Positions 1 through 8,331 of a DNA stretch of 64,000 nucleotides are shown here, piece after piece. Location: assembly GCA_964390495.1 (NCBI GenBank), contig CAYMIN010000011.1, positions 29,701-93,700 of the forward strand, read 5' to 3'. The DNA comes from an uncultured Armatimonadia bacterium (GTDB lineage: Bacteria; Armatimonadota; Zipacnadia; Zipacnadales; UBA11051). Both the position numbers and the translations under genes were made by a program. Numbering within the stretch: the first letter of the stretch is position 1; each line of letters begins with the position of its first letter. Under the pieces are notes generated by a model. It searched no databases and had not been told where the DNA came from. It saw only the letters and a list, made by a program, of their open reading frames with translations.

Positions 1-348
1 CTGCCGCCTTGTGTCAACGCCGTAGCTTGCGCCCAAGGCCGCCGTCAAGGCGGGGAGATCGATCAGGTTGGGGTGGAGCCAGAGGAAGTTGAGCTGGGGA
101 TTGGCGGCCTCCAGTCGCCTGACATTGTCGTTGGCCGCCTGGCACGAAGGGCAGGTCGTCAGCACGTAGAGGAAATCGGCCTCGGGCAGGTTGGCGCGGA
201 TCCGCACGCTCTCCCACTCGGAGTTCTCATCCTGGTAGCCGGGCACCAGACCGTGGTGGTTCCCGCTGAAGTAGGCGTATTCGGCAGTAAACACGACCGC
301 CGCCAGCGCCACCCCGACGGCGAACTTGAGCTGAAAGTCTTTGTTCAT
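1..348 (-). CDS. Membrane-anchored thioredoxin-like (CxxC) protein, 5' part only; runs off the left edge; absent from the ORF track
   Basis: Manual translation from ATG at 348: MNKDFQLKFAVGVALAAVVFTAEYAYFSG...FLYVLTTCPSCQAANDNVRRLEAANPQLNFLWL..., open to base 1. It has an N-terminal hydrophobic helix and a CPSC motif after a beta-strand. Confidence 0.7.
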   Translation of the reverse strand, partial: MNKDFQLKFAVGVALAAVVFTAEYAYFSGNHHGLVPGYQDENSEWESVRIRANLPEADFLYVLTTCPSCQAANDNVRRLEAANPQLNFLWLHPNLIDLPALTAALGASYGVDTRRQ

Positions 349-434
349 AGTCGCGTCCCAAGCCTTCGGCCAGGCGCGGCCGGTCTCAGTCCAACTGACA
401 TCCCTTTACGTGGGGGAAGGGAGGGGAAAGTGTA

Positions 435-1862
435 CTACTGGCTGAGCTTGTCCCGCAGGATCTGGTTGACCAGCGCGGGATTGGCCTGGCCGCGCGTCTC
501 TTTCATCACATACCCGATCATCGCGCCCAGAGCCTTGGCCTTGCCGCCCTGGTAGTCCGCCACCGCCTGTGGGTTGGCCGCGATGGCTGCGTCCACGATC
601 CTGCCCAGCTCGTCCTCGTCGCTGATCTGGACCAGGCCCTGCTGTTCGATAAGCTGCTGCGGGTCGCTGCCTTGCGCGAATAGGGTCGGGAAGATGTCCT
701 TGGCGATCTTGCTGCTGATGGTGCCGTCATTTATCAGGTTTATCAGCTTGCCGAGGCCTTCGGGCCGCAGCTTGCAGGTATCGGGAGCTTGCCCGTTCTC
801 GTGCAGCAGATGGGTGAAATCGCCCATTACCCAGTTACTGGCGCTCTTGGGGTCTTCGCAACTCGCTGCCACCGCCTCGAAATAGTCGGCCACCTGCTTG
901 TCTTCGGTCAGCACCTCGGCATCATACTGCGGCAGGCCGTACTCCTCCACGAAGCGACGCTCTCGCGCCAGCGGCAGTTCCGGCAGGCTTGCGGCAATCG
1001 CCTCGACCCATGCGCGGTCCGGCGTCAGGGGCACCAGGTCCGGCTCGGGGAAGTACATGTAGTCATCCGCCGATTCCTTGGTGCGCATCACCGTGGTCTT
1101 GGCCTCGGTTTCATTCCAGCGGCGCGTCTCCTGCTGCATCCGGGCAGCGTTTTCCAGGCACCAGTACTGCCGCTCGATCTCGTAGCTGACGGCATCGTGG
1201 ACCGCCTTGAAGGAGGCCAGGTTCTTGATCTCGACTTTGGGGGTCGCCCGGTCGGCCGCTGCGTCCACCAGATTGACGGTCGGCTCGCAGCGCATCGCGC
1301 CCTCTTCCATGTTCGCCGTCGAGACGCCCAGATAGCGCAGCAGCCGCCGCAGTTGCACCAGGTACTCGCGCACCTGATCCGCCGAGGTGAAGTCCGGCTC
1401 GGTCACCACCTCCATCAGCGGCACGCCGCAGCGGTTGTATTCCACCAGGCTGCGGCCGTCGGAAAGATGGAGGTTCTTGCCGGTATCCTCCTCCAGATGC
1501 GCCCGGCGCACGCGGATGCTGAAGGCCTCGCCGTTGACGGCCAGATCAACGCGCCCCTCATAGGTGAGCGGCTCGTCGTACTGACTGATCTGGAAATTCT
1601 TGGCCAGGTCGGGGTAAAAATAGTTCTTGCGGTAGAAGCGGCAGTATGCGCTGACTTGGCAGCCCAGCGCCAGGCCGGTTCTGATGACGAACTCCACGGC
1701 CTTGCGGTTCGGCACCGGCAGCGAGCCCGGCATACCGGTGCACACCGGGCAGCAGTTGCTGTTGGGCTCGGAGCCGAACGCCACCGGGCAGCTACAGAAC
1801 ATCTTCGAAGCGGTGAGAAGCTGGGCGTGGACTTCCAGCCCCACCATCGGACGAAACGCCAT
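435..1862 (-). CDS. gatB: Asp-tRNA(Asn)/Glu-tRNA(Gln) amidotransferase subunit B
   Basis: Motifs GLEVHAQL, SKMFC, YFYPDLAKNFQISQYDEP, HLEED, NRCGVPLMEVVTEPD, YMYFPEPDL and a C-terminal YqeY-like domain. Start trimmed to MAFRPMVG (ATG 1862). Confidence 0.97.
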   Translation of the reverse strand: MAFRPMVGLEVHAQLLTASKMFCSCPVAFGSEPNSNCCPVCTGMPGSLPVPNRKAVEFVIRTGLALGCQVSAYCRFYRKNYFYPDLAKNFQISQYDEPLTYEGRVDLAVNGEAFSIRVRRAHLEEDTGKNLHLSDGRSLVEYNRCGVPLMEVVTEPDFTSADQVREYLVQLRRLLRYLGVSTANMEEGAMRCEPTVNLVDAAADRATPKVEIKNLASFKAVHDAVSYEIERQYWCLENAARMQQETRRWNETEAKTTVMRTKESADDYMYFPEPDLVPLTPDRAWVEAIAASLPELPLARERRFVEEYGLPQYDAEVLTEDKQVADYFEAVAASCEDPKSASNWVMGDFTHLLHENGQAPDTCKLRPEGLGKLINLINDGTISSKIAKDIFPTLFAQGSDPQQLIEQQGLVQISDEDELGRIVDAAIAANPQAVADYQGGKAKALGAMIGYVMKETRGQANPALVNQILRDKLSQ

Positions 1863-1943
1863 ATCTATCACTCCAGAACTGAGCAAAGCTCCCCGACCAT
1901 CACACGCGCTCACGCGATACGCAAGCGCCAGCCTTACGCCACG

Positions 1944-1972
1944 ATTCTAACAGTATGGAGCTGGCGAAGCAA
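1944..1972 (-). promoter_or_regulatory. Putative sigma70 promoter for gatB
   Basis: Minus strand TTGCTT-N17-TAGAAT with an extended -10 TG. Confidence 0.55.
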
Positions 1973-2113
1973 GAGGGGTATGCCGGACAAGACCGGGGGC
2001 AGTCGTCTGTTGTTGCTCCCACGGACAGGCATCTGACTTACGAGAAGTGCCAGAGAAAAATGACTGTTCCCAACTTGTCGGGATTGTGGGCCTTCGAGTG
2101 ACTCTGCCACCGC

Positions 2114-2743
2114 CTAGCGCCAGTCGTAGAAGATCTCGTTGGCCGCCACACCGCCGAGCAATTGCTGCTTAGTGTAGCCCTTGGCGTGACCGTCACACCA
2201 CGCATAGTTGCCCCGATCGTTGTGGTCAAAGCGCGTACTGCCGGTGGGACTGGTCACTCGGTACCAGCCGTACACCTTTCCGCTGGAGTGGTAGTAGATA
2301 GATTCGCCGATCAAGACGGTGCTGCTGGGCTGCTTCACCGCCACATCCCGGGCTATTGTGGGAAAGAACCGTTGCGACAGTTGATAATTGATGCCGTACT
2401 GGGAATACGCCCCGCTGTACCAGTTATGGTCCCACCTCATCCCCGGACAGCCGAAGATGCCGTAATTGCTAGTGCTGATAGTCGCCTGGCCCAAATAGGG
2501 GAAGATCATCAACGGCCAGTAGGTGCGCGGAGGAGTGTAGTAGGTTACGGGGAAGAAGCCGTCGTAGTCCTCGGTGTACATCAGTATCGCCAGGGCGATC
2601 TCCTTGACGTTAGACAAGCAGGTGGCCTCCTGGGCTTTGGCCCGCGCCCGCGCGAAAACGGGAAACAGGACCGCCGCCAGGATTGCGATGATCGCGATCA
2701 CCACTAACAGCTCGATCAACGTAAAACCTCTCTCGCGTTTCAT
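2114..2743 (-). CDS. DUF1559 family prepilin-type N-terminal cleavage/methylation protein with H-X9-DG motif
   Basis: [40 protein letters not shown]; C-terminal HNDRGNYAWCDGHAK. Confidence 0.92.
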   Translation of the reverse strand: MKRERGFTLIELLVVIAIIAILAAVLFPVFARARAKAQEATCLSNVKEIALAILMYTEDYDGFFPVTYYTPPRTYWPLMIFPYLGQATISTSNYGIFGCPGMRWDHNWYSGAYSQYGINYQLSQRFFPTIARDVAVKQPSSTVLIGESIYYHSSGKVYGWYRVTSPTGSTRFDHNDRGNYAWCDGHAKGYTKQQLLGGVAANEIFYDWR

Positions 2744-2827
2744 ACTATCCCTCCTTTTTCAGATGGCCCGTTCGCGTCCTTTACGTTGTATGGGCCGGGC
2801 ACGTGGCGATGCCCGGCCCTAAAGGCA

Positions 2828-3469
2828 TCAATTCCACCGACACGACTGGAACTTGTTTGCCTGCATCCATTTGGCGTGACCGTCAACGAAGCCGACATTG
2901 AGGCCGCCATTGTGCAGAACGGCCTGGTAGTCTGGGTTGGCCGCGCTGGAGGACCAGAGGCGGTAGATGCTGGTGGCCGGCGGGGCCTTGTGGTGGTCGG
3001 CGACACAGACGGTCTCGGACGGGTAGTCAATATCGGCGAGCTTGACACCCTGATAGGTCGGCCCAGTGCGGTCCGGATGGTTGCCGATGTAACCGATATG
3101 GACGTTCCAGCCGTAGCCGATCCACTGGTCGTCGCTGGGGCAGTAGAAGATCTGCTTGTTCTTGACATATGGATAGAGCAGGTCGGGCCAGTAGTGGGTG
3201 CTGGAGCTGCCCCCATACCAGGGCCGGGGAACGGATATGGAACCGTACCGAAACTCGGAAAACAGCAGCGTCTCGTCATAGTCCTGAACATACATGTGGG
3301 TTGCCAGAGCCATCTCTTTGACATTGCTCAGACAGCTCGTCTGGCGTGCCTTCTCGCGGGCGCGGGCGAATACCGGGAAAAGTATCGCCGCCAGGATCGC
3401 GATAATGGCAATCACAACCAGTAGCTCGATAAGCGTGAATCCACTGCGTTTTGGTGCCACTTTCATCAT
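2828..3469 (-). CDS. DUF1559 family prepilin-type protein with H-X9-DG motif (tandem paralog)
   Basis: [40 protein letters not shown]; [15 protein letters not shown]. Start taken at MMKVAPK (3469). Confidence 0.92.
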   Translation of the reverse strand: MMKVAPKRSGFTLIELLVVIAIIAILAAILFPVFARAREKARQTSCLSNVKEMALATHMYVQDYDETLLFSEFRYGSISVPRPWYGGSSSTHYWPDLLYPYVKNKQIFYCPSDDQWIGYGWNVHIGYIGNHPDRTGPTYQGVKLADIDYPSETVCVADHHKAPPATSIYRLWSSSAANPDYQAVLHNGGLNVGFVDGHAKWMQANKFQSCRWN

Positions 3470-3570
3470 CCCTTTCCCAATCTTACTAACACAGCCCCTT
3501 CTCCGGTAATCCTTATTCGCCACCGCCTGCCTCTTCTCCTCCTATTGGTATGCACATTTTTCTGCATTTT

Positions 3571-5397
3571 CTACTCCCCGATAGTGAACTTCAGGGTCGC
3601 GCCCGGCCGATCGTCAATGCTCACCGTTACCTCGTACTCGCCCGGCGCGAAACTCCCCTGCGAGCCGCAGCTCAAGCTATTGAGGATTTGCCGACTGCCT
3701 TTGGCCCGGATGATGCGCCCCGAAAGCGTCTTGGGGCCGTGCCGCCATCGGATCTGCAATTGCCGCGCCACAGCTCCGAAGTCAAGGCTCACATACAGAC
3801 AGATGCGCTCGATGTCGGCGGGGAAGGCGGCGCTCACCCCATAGGGCCGGTTCTTGTCATCCACTCCCCGGCACAGCACTATCTCGGGCAGCAGGTCGGG
3901 CGCATGCACCTGCCATGTGCCGGCGGCCGGGGCGGTTGGGGCTGCCGGTGGCTGCGCGGAGGCGCTGACTATGATCGGCGGCTCGACAGGGGGTATCTGG
4001 CCGGCGGCTGTGTCGCTGATGCCGGTCGGTGTAGGCGGCCCTGCGGCAATATCGGCGTTGCCCAAAGGCAGCGCAAAGGCCACCTGCAGCGGGGCGGCGC
4101 GGCCGGGGCCCAACAGCCGCTGGTCAGCCATCACCGTAACCGTCTCGCCCGCTGCCACCGTAACCGTGTCTTTGCCTTCGCGCTCCAGGCCGGCTCTGCC
4201 TGAGATCACCCCGAGTGTCGTCTCACCGGCGAGGTTCACGCGCACCGCCACGCTCGCCGCCGCGACCTGGAAGCGACAGGTGGGGGTGCTGATCACCGCC
4301 GGTCCTTCAACCAGCAGTTGTCCCTCCGCCACATACAGTTCCGCCGCGCTGCGCAGCTCGCAACTGAGCTCGGGCCCCAGCAGCACCATAGTCGGCCCGG
4401 CCATCTGCAGCAGGCTCAGGCCTGCGCCGGTACGGAGGCGGTCACCGACTTCGAGACTCATGCTGCGGCCGCCGGCGATGGCGGTCCCGTTCAAGCTCAG
4501 GTCCAGGGAGGCAGCCGGGTCATAGGTCAACAGGCAAGGGCCGGTCTCCTGCTCCAGGGACAACTGTGCCGCCATCTGGGTCACAGACGCGGCCAAGGTG
4601 GTCCCGGGCAGCCCGCCGTACAACTGCCTAGCCAGCAGCCATTGCTGCATCGTCCGCGCCGGTAGCGGCAGCGCCGGGCTGCGGCGGCTATGGGCCACAA
4701 TCGTCTGGAGGAAGTCGGCATAAGCCCGCGCCGGCTCAGCACTCAAAAGCTCGCCATAAAGCTGACAGAGTCCCGCCAGTTGGGACATCACCGGCGAGGT
4801 GGCGCGCACAGTCGCGTAAGCGGGGCTGGTCAGGGTCTCCATCAATGCGACCAGAGCGGCATCAACCGCTTCGCCCTCTGTCCGCTGGAAGCCGGCGAAG
4901 GCGATGACGAAAAAGTACGCCGCCGTTTCCGAGAAATCATCATAGGGTTGCGCCGGCTCTGTGTCGAGCAGCCGCACCGCCCCCATCAGGTCGGGACATT
5001 GCGAGGGATGCCAGTACAGTCCCCGCAGCCGCTGGGGCAGCAGCGCGTAGGCAAGCTGATGGCCGATCTGATGTAACACGTACCAACTCGCTTGCTCGCC
5101 GCCTATGCGGATAGCTCCGTCCGGCGGGGCCGGTGTGGTTTGCGCGCTCGCCTGCTGCTCGACGACATTGAGTTCCGCTATTGCTGCGGCTGCGGAGGCT
5201 AGGTCTGCCTCGGGGAGCGGCAGCGCATTGACGAAGCGGAATACACTCGGGGAGATGCTGTGGAGATAGGCGGCCGGGTCCGCGCCGGCCTGCGGCTGGC
5301 AAAGCACCACAGCCAGCACCAACTGTGCCAGCAGCCACCGACAACTGCCGGCGATAGGCTTGCGCTCAGCGGATTGCCGTTGGGTCCTCAAGCCCAT
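3571..5397 (-). CDS. Exported multidomain protein: degenerate zincin-like region + FecR-like domain + C-terminal Ig-like (DUF2914-like) domain
   Basis: Signal peptide; LHQIGH...FSETAAYF; FecR-like LEVGDRLRTG...LYVAEGQLLV...LGVISGRA; Pro/Ala linker; C-terminal LCRGVD...GEYEVTVSIDD. Confidence 0.6.
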   Translation of the reverse strand: MGLRTQRQSAERKPIAGSCRWLLAQLVLAVVLCQPQAGADPAAYLHSISPSVFRFVNALPLPEADLASAAAAIAELNVVEQQASAQTTPAPPDGAIRIGGEQASWYVLHQIGHQLAYALLPQRLRGLYWHPSQCPDLMGAVRLLDTEPAQPYDDFSETAAYFFVIAFAGFQRTEGEAVDAALVALMETLTSPAYATVRATSPVMSQLAGLCQLYGELLSAEPARAYADFLQTIVAHSRRSPALPLPARTMQQWLLARQLYGGLPGTTLAASVTQMAAQLSLEQETGPCLLTYDPAASLDLSLNGTAIAGGRSMSLEVGDRLRTGAGLSLLQMAGPTMVLLGPELSCELRSAAELYVAEGQLLVEGPAVISTPTCRFQVAAASVAVRVNLAGETTLGVISGRAGLEREGKDTVTVAAGETVTVMADQRLLGPGRAAPLQVAFALPLGNADIAAGPPTPTGISDTAAGQIPPVEPPIIVSASAQPPAAPTAPAAGTWQVHAPDLLPEIVLCRGVDDKNRPYGVSAAFPADIERICLYVSLDFGAVARQLQIRWRHGPKTLSGRIIRAKGSRQILNSLSCGSQGSFAPGEYEVTVSIDDRPGATLKFTIGE

Positions 5398-5570
5398 ATC
5401 CCCGTGTCCAGGTGTGCTAGGGCCGGCAAATCAGGCCAAGGGCGACCGACAGCCGGCACTATGAGTATCCCCATTTTCCGGCTCGCCTATTCGCCTGCCG
5501 TCCGGAGAGCCGGGGAGAGCTTAGGCCGGTGCGGGCCGCCGCCTCTTAATGGCCTTGCACGCGTTGCCTC

Positions 5571-5599
5571 ATTGTAGGCATAAACGCGCCGGGAAGCAA
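5571..5599 (-). promoter_or_regulatory. Putative sigma70 promoter upstream of the FecR-domain gene
   Basis: Minus strand TTGCTT-N17-TACAAT. Confidence 0.5.
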
Positions 5600-5747
5600 A
5601 CAAACTGCTGGGGAAGGCGTCCGCACAGCCAGTGAGTTGGGGGAGTTGTGGATTGTTGAGACGGGGCAACTGCCGCATCAGGTAGTGGGGGCTGGCGGGG
5701 TCCAGCCGGCCTGGGCTGGCGACTGCTGAACAGGGCTGGAGGCGTGC

Positions 5748-6731
5748 TCAGGCGGCAAGCTCTCGGCGGGGCGTCGCCTTAGTGATCTGCACGGCTAGCT
5801 GCCCGTCGTGGATCCCCGGGACGCCGATGAACTTGTGTTCGCCCGCGATCACGATCTCGACCCACTTCGCCCGGCTGCGTGCCGAGTGAAGCTCAATCAC
5901 ATCCCCGACTGCCAGCCTGGACATTTGACTTAGCGACAGCCGCGACCTGGCTATAACCGCTCTTACCCCGACCAGACAGGGCGCGACCGAGGTCAGTACC
6001 GCCCTCTCGCCTTCCTCGGCGGTGAGCTGCTGCTTTTCGCCTCGCGTCAGCAGCCGGTGCATTGTCGAAGATGGCAGCCCGAAGGTCATATAGCCTTTGT
6101 GGGAGCCGAGACGCAATCGGTAGCTGGCACAGACCAGCCATTCCTCGTTCGCGTCGCCGGCCACGGCGACGGGAGACAGATAGACCTCCTTCATCTCGAC
6201 CGGGGCCGCCTCGAAGCACTTGGCGGTCAGCTTCATTACGGTGATTATCTCTTCAACGAGCGAGCGGAATAGCTGGACTTCCACTTGGCTCATTGCGCGG
6301 CGTGGTGTGTTGGCCTCCTGTCCGGTTCCGCCCAGCATCATATCCAGGGCACTGCTCACCAGCGGGCGATCGAGATGGACTAAAGCCTCCGCGGCATCGC
6401 CTGGGGAGCCGAACGACGCCAGAGCTGCATCCTCGGGCAAGGCCCGCAGATACTGCCGCGAAGTCATGCGGTCCACGGCAACGAAGCTCACCTCAACTAC
6501 GCGGTCGAGATAGGCGCGCAGGGTGCGATTGAGGGCCGAGCCGACAGCTTCGCAATCCCGCTCGATTTGCCGTACCTGGGTGCTGGAAAGCCGGTGAGCG
6601 CGCCGAAAGTCGTAAAGAGTTATCTCGACATCGTCTCTGTCGCTCTGGCTAAGATACTCGTTCAGGGTGGCATGCAGCGTTTCAAGTTCTCTCTGGGAAA
6701 CAACGTTACCCGAGGGGTCATTAGGCGGCAT
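5748..6731 (-). CDS. fliM: Flagellar motor switch FliM family protein (orphan)
   Basis: N-terminal VSQRELETL resembles the LSQxEIDAL CheY-binding motif; YDFRRAHRLS; LDMMLGGTG; C-terminal SpoA/FliMN region LAVGDVIEL...GVPGIHDGQLAVQI. Confidence 0.8.
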   Translation of the reverse strand: MPPNDPSGNVVSQRELETLHATLNEYLSQSDRDDVEITLYDFRRAHRLSSTQVRQIERDCEAVGSALNRTLRAYLDRVVEVSFVAVDRMTSRQYLRALPEDAALASFGSPGDAAEALVHLDRPLVSSALDMMLGGTGQEANTPRRAMSQVEVQLFRSLVEEIITVMKLTAKCFEAAPVEMKEVYLSPVAVAGDANEEWLVCASYRLRLGSHKGYMTFGLPSSTMHRLLTRGEKQQLTAEEGERAVLTSVAPCLVGVRAVIARSRLSLSQMSRLAVGDVIELHSARSRAKWVEIVIAGEHKFIGVPGIHDGQLAVQITKATPRRELAA

Positions 6732-6813
6732 CGAGGGCTCCCTTCGACTTACAGGTCAGAATCCCTGTCCGACAAGGCTACCCGCTAGGACTATCTGAGG
6801 TCTGTCCCATACT

Positions 6814-6840
6814 ATTTCGGCCCGGCCCCCCGAGACTTTA
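6814..6840 (-). promoter_or_regulatory. Putative sigma-28 (FliA/SigD) promoter for the FliM homolog
   Basis: Minus strand TAAAGTCT-N11-GCCGAAAT, compared with consensus TAAAGTTT-N11-GCCGATAA; 82 nt upstream of the ATG. Confidence 0.65.
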
Positions 6841-6857
6841 GCTTCATCGGCCCACGA

Positions 6858-7601
6858 TCAGCTCTCGGCGTCGTCCAGAATCTGCTCCAACTGCTTGCGA
6901 AGTCGTCCCAGCTCCTTGGAGCGGAATGAGCTCTTGGTCGCCTCCAGCACGCTGATAGTCTCCTGGAGAGCCTCCACAAGCGCCGCCAGCCGTGGGCAAT
7001 CCATCAGACCGCAGACGTTCACTTCCGGCTGCTGGTCGGCCAGGGCCGCGGTCAGGTGGCTCAGGTCGAACAGCGCCGTGAATACGTTGCGCAAAGTCAA
7101 GCTGACGAAGTTGCTGATGTCAAGCGGGGCGGCCTTGCCGGAAAGGAGCCGCAGGCGCTTTGCTATGGCCTCCAGGTCTTTCTGCCACTGGCTGAGCTGC
7201 TGATTGGCGGCGCAGACTGCGCGGTAGCTGCGTTGGCAGTTGACGCCCGCTCGCACTACCTCCAGCAGCCGCTGCGGCTCGATCGGTTTGACCATATAGG
7301 CCAGCAGGCGCAGCTCGAGCCCGCTGACGGAGCAGTCCGGATGCGGCTCGTCGGTCACCAGGATTACGGGGATGGCCGCAACGATGTGCGGCAGCTCCGC
7401 GACCACCGCCAGGGCCGCGGCGCGGTTCAGCTTGATGTCAGCGATCAGCAGGTCGTAGTCCGTGGCGCGCAGCATCGCGGCCGCGGTTGTCCCATCGGGT
7501 GCGCAGTCACACTCATAACCTTCGCCGCGCAGTAGAGTGGTGGTCCCGCGGGCAAAGGCCTCGTCGCCATCCGCAATCAGTACGTAACCGGAGTCGCTCA
7601 T
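6858..7601 (-). CDS. Response regulator (CheY-like receiver + helical C-terminal domain)
   Basis: VLIADGD, LLIADIKL (phosphoacceptor D), ILVTD and YMVKP; no HTH or enzymatic output recognised. Start at MSDSGY (7601). Confidence 0.85.
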   Translation of the reverse strand: MSDSGYVLIADGDEAFARGTTTLLRGEGYECDCAPDGTTAAAMLRATDYDLLIADIKLNRAAALAVVAELPHIVAAIPVILVTDEPHPDCSVSGLELRLLAYMVKPIEPQRLLEVVRAGVNCQRSYRAVCAANQQLSQWQKDLEAIAKRLRLLSGKAAPLDISNFVSLTLRNVFTALFDLSHLTAALADQQPEVNVCGLMDCPRLAALVEALQETISVLEATKSSFRSKELGRLRKQLEQILDDAES

Positions 7602-8198
7602 TGTCGCTCGCCTATCACCTGTCTCAGTAATGGCTGCTGAGCCGGATTGCCGGGTGGGGTCCCTGGGCAGCCCGAGGTCGTTGCCGGGTCGTAAGCAAAA
7701 AAGAAGGCACAACCGCAAGCGCTGTCCCAGGGACAGTCACTCGATTGCACCTCCGACTTGCAGGCCTTTTATCCTGCCCGGCAAGGCCAACCTGTGTTCA
7801 GGCTCAAGATTTGCAGACCACTCACGCCCGTGTCCGTCCTTGGATTATCTAGACAGGTGTCCTTACCCACCACTGTATTCTCCAACGCCCAACTCGACTC
7901 CTCGTGAGAACAACGGGGTTCTGCGACTGTTGCGGCGCTTGAGGGCACCGTGCCATCGTCCTCGCACGAGCAATCGGTCTCAAGATCAGGAAACTGGGTA
8001 ACGACACTCGCCTGCTCGCTGCGCCACCACATGCGAGCCTAGTACTGACTTGCGCAACTCCGCGAAAGCACCCCGTCGGCCTGGGCAGGCAAGGATGCCT
8101 GCCCTCCAGGAAAGCATTATTGCGTGTAGTTACTCAAGAGAGTACTAGCCTGGCGACGTTCAGCGACGCCGGCTGACTGCAGATGAGGAGTTCAGAGC

Positions 8199-8226
8199 TT
8201 GCCTCTGGTGTAGGGCGTGGTATAAT
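8199..8226 (+). promoter_or_regulatory. Putative sigma70 promoter for the ABC transporter/amidohydrolase operon
   Basis: TTGCCT-N16-TATAAT with an extended -10 TG. Confidence 0.6.
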
Positions 8227-8331
8227 TGGCCGAGCGCAGGTGACCGTTTCGTCCACAAGCGCACCATCGGCGTATCCGTGGCGGGGCGAAGTTGCACTTT
8301 GCCTTCGGCAGACATCGAAGGGCTGTTTGGC

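Noticed and set aside
73-555. 160-aa + strand ORF from the track
   Set aside because: It is antisense to the CxxC gene and to gatB, and has no recognisable motifs; a shadow ORF.
435-1913. gatB without adjacent gatC/gatA as a novel stand-alone enzyme
   Set aside because: Split gatCA/gatB arrangements are common; nothing in the sequence indicates a changed function.
8037-8150. Assigning the intergenic hairpin as SRP RNA, 6S RNA or a c-di-GMP riboswitch
   Set aside because: It lacks the SRP domain IV and GEMM consensus motifs and is short for 6S; it is left as an unassigned candidate.
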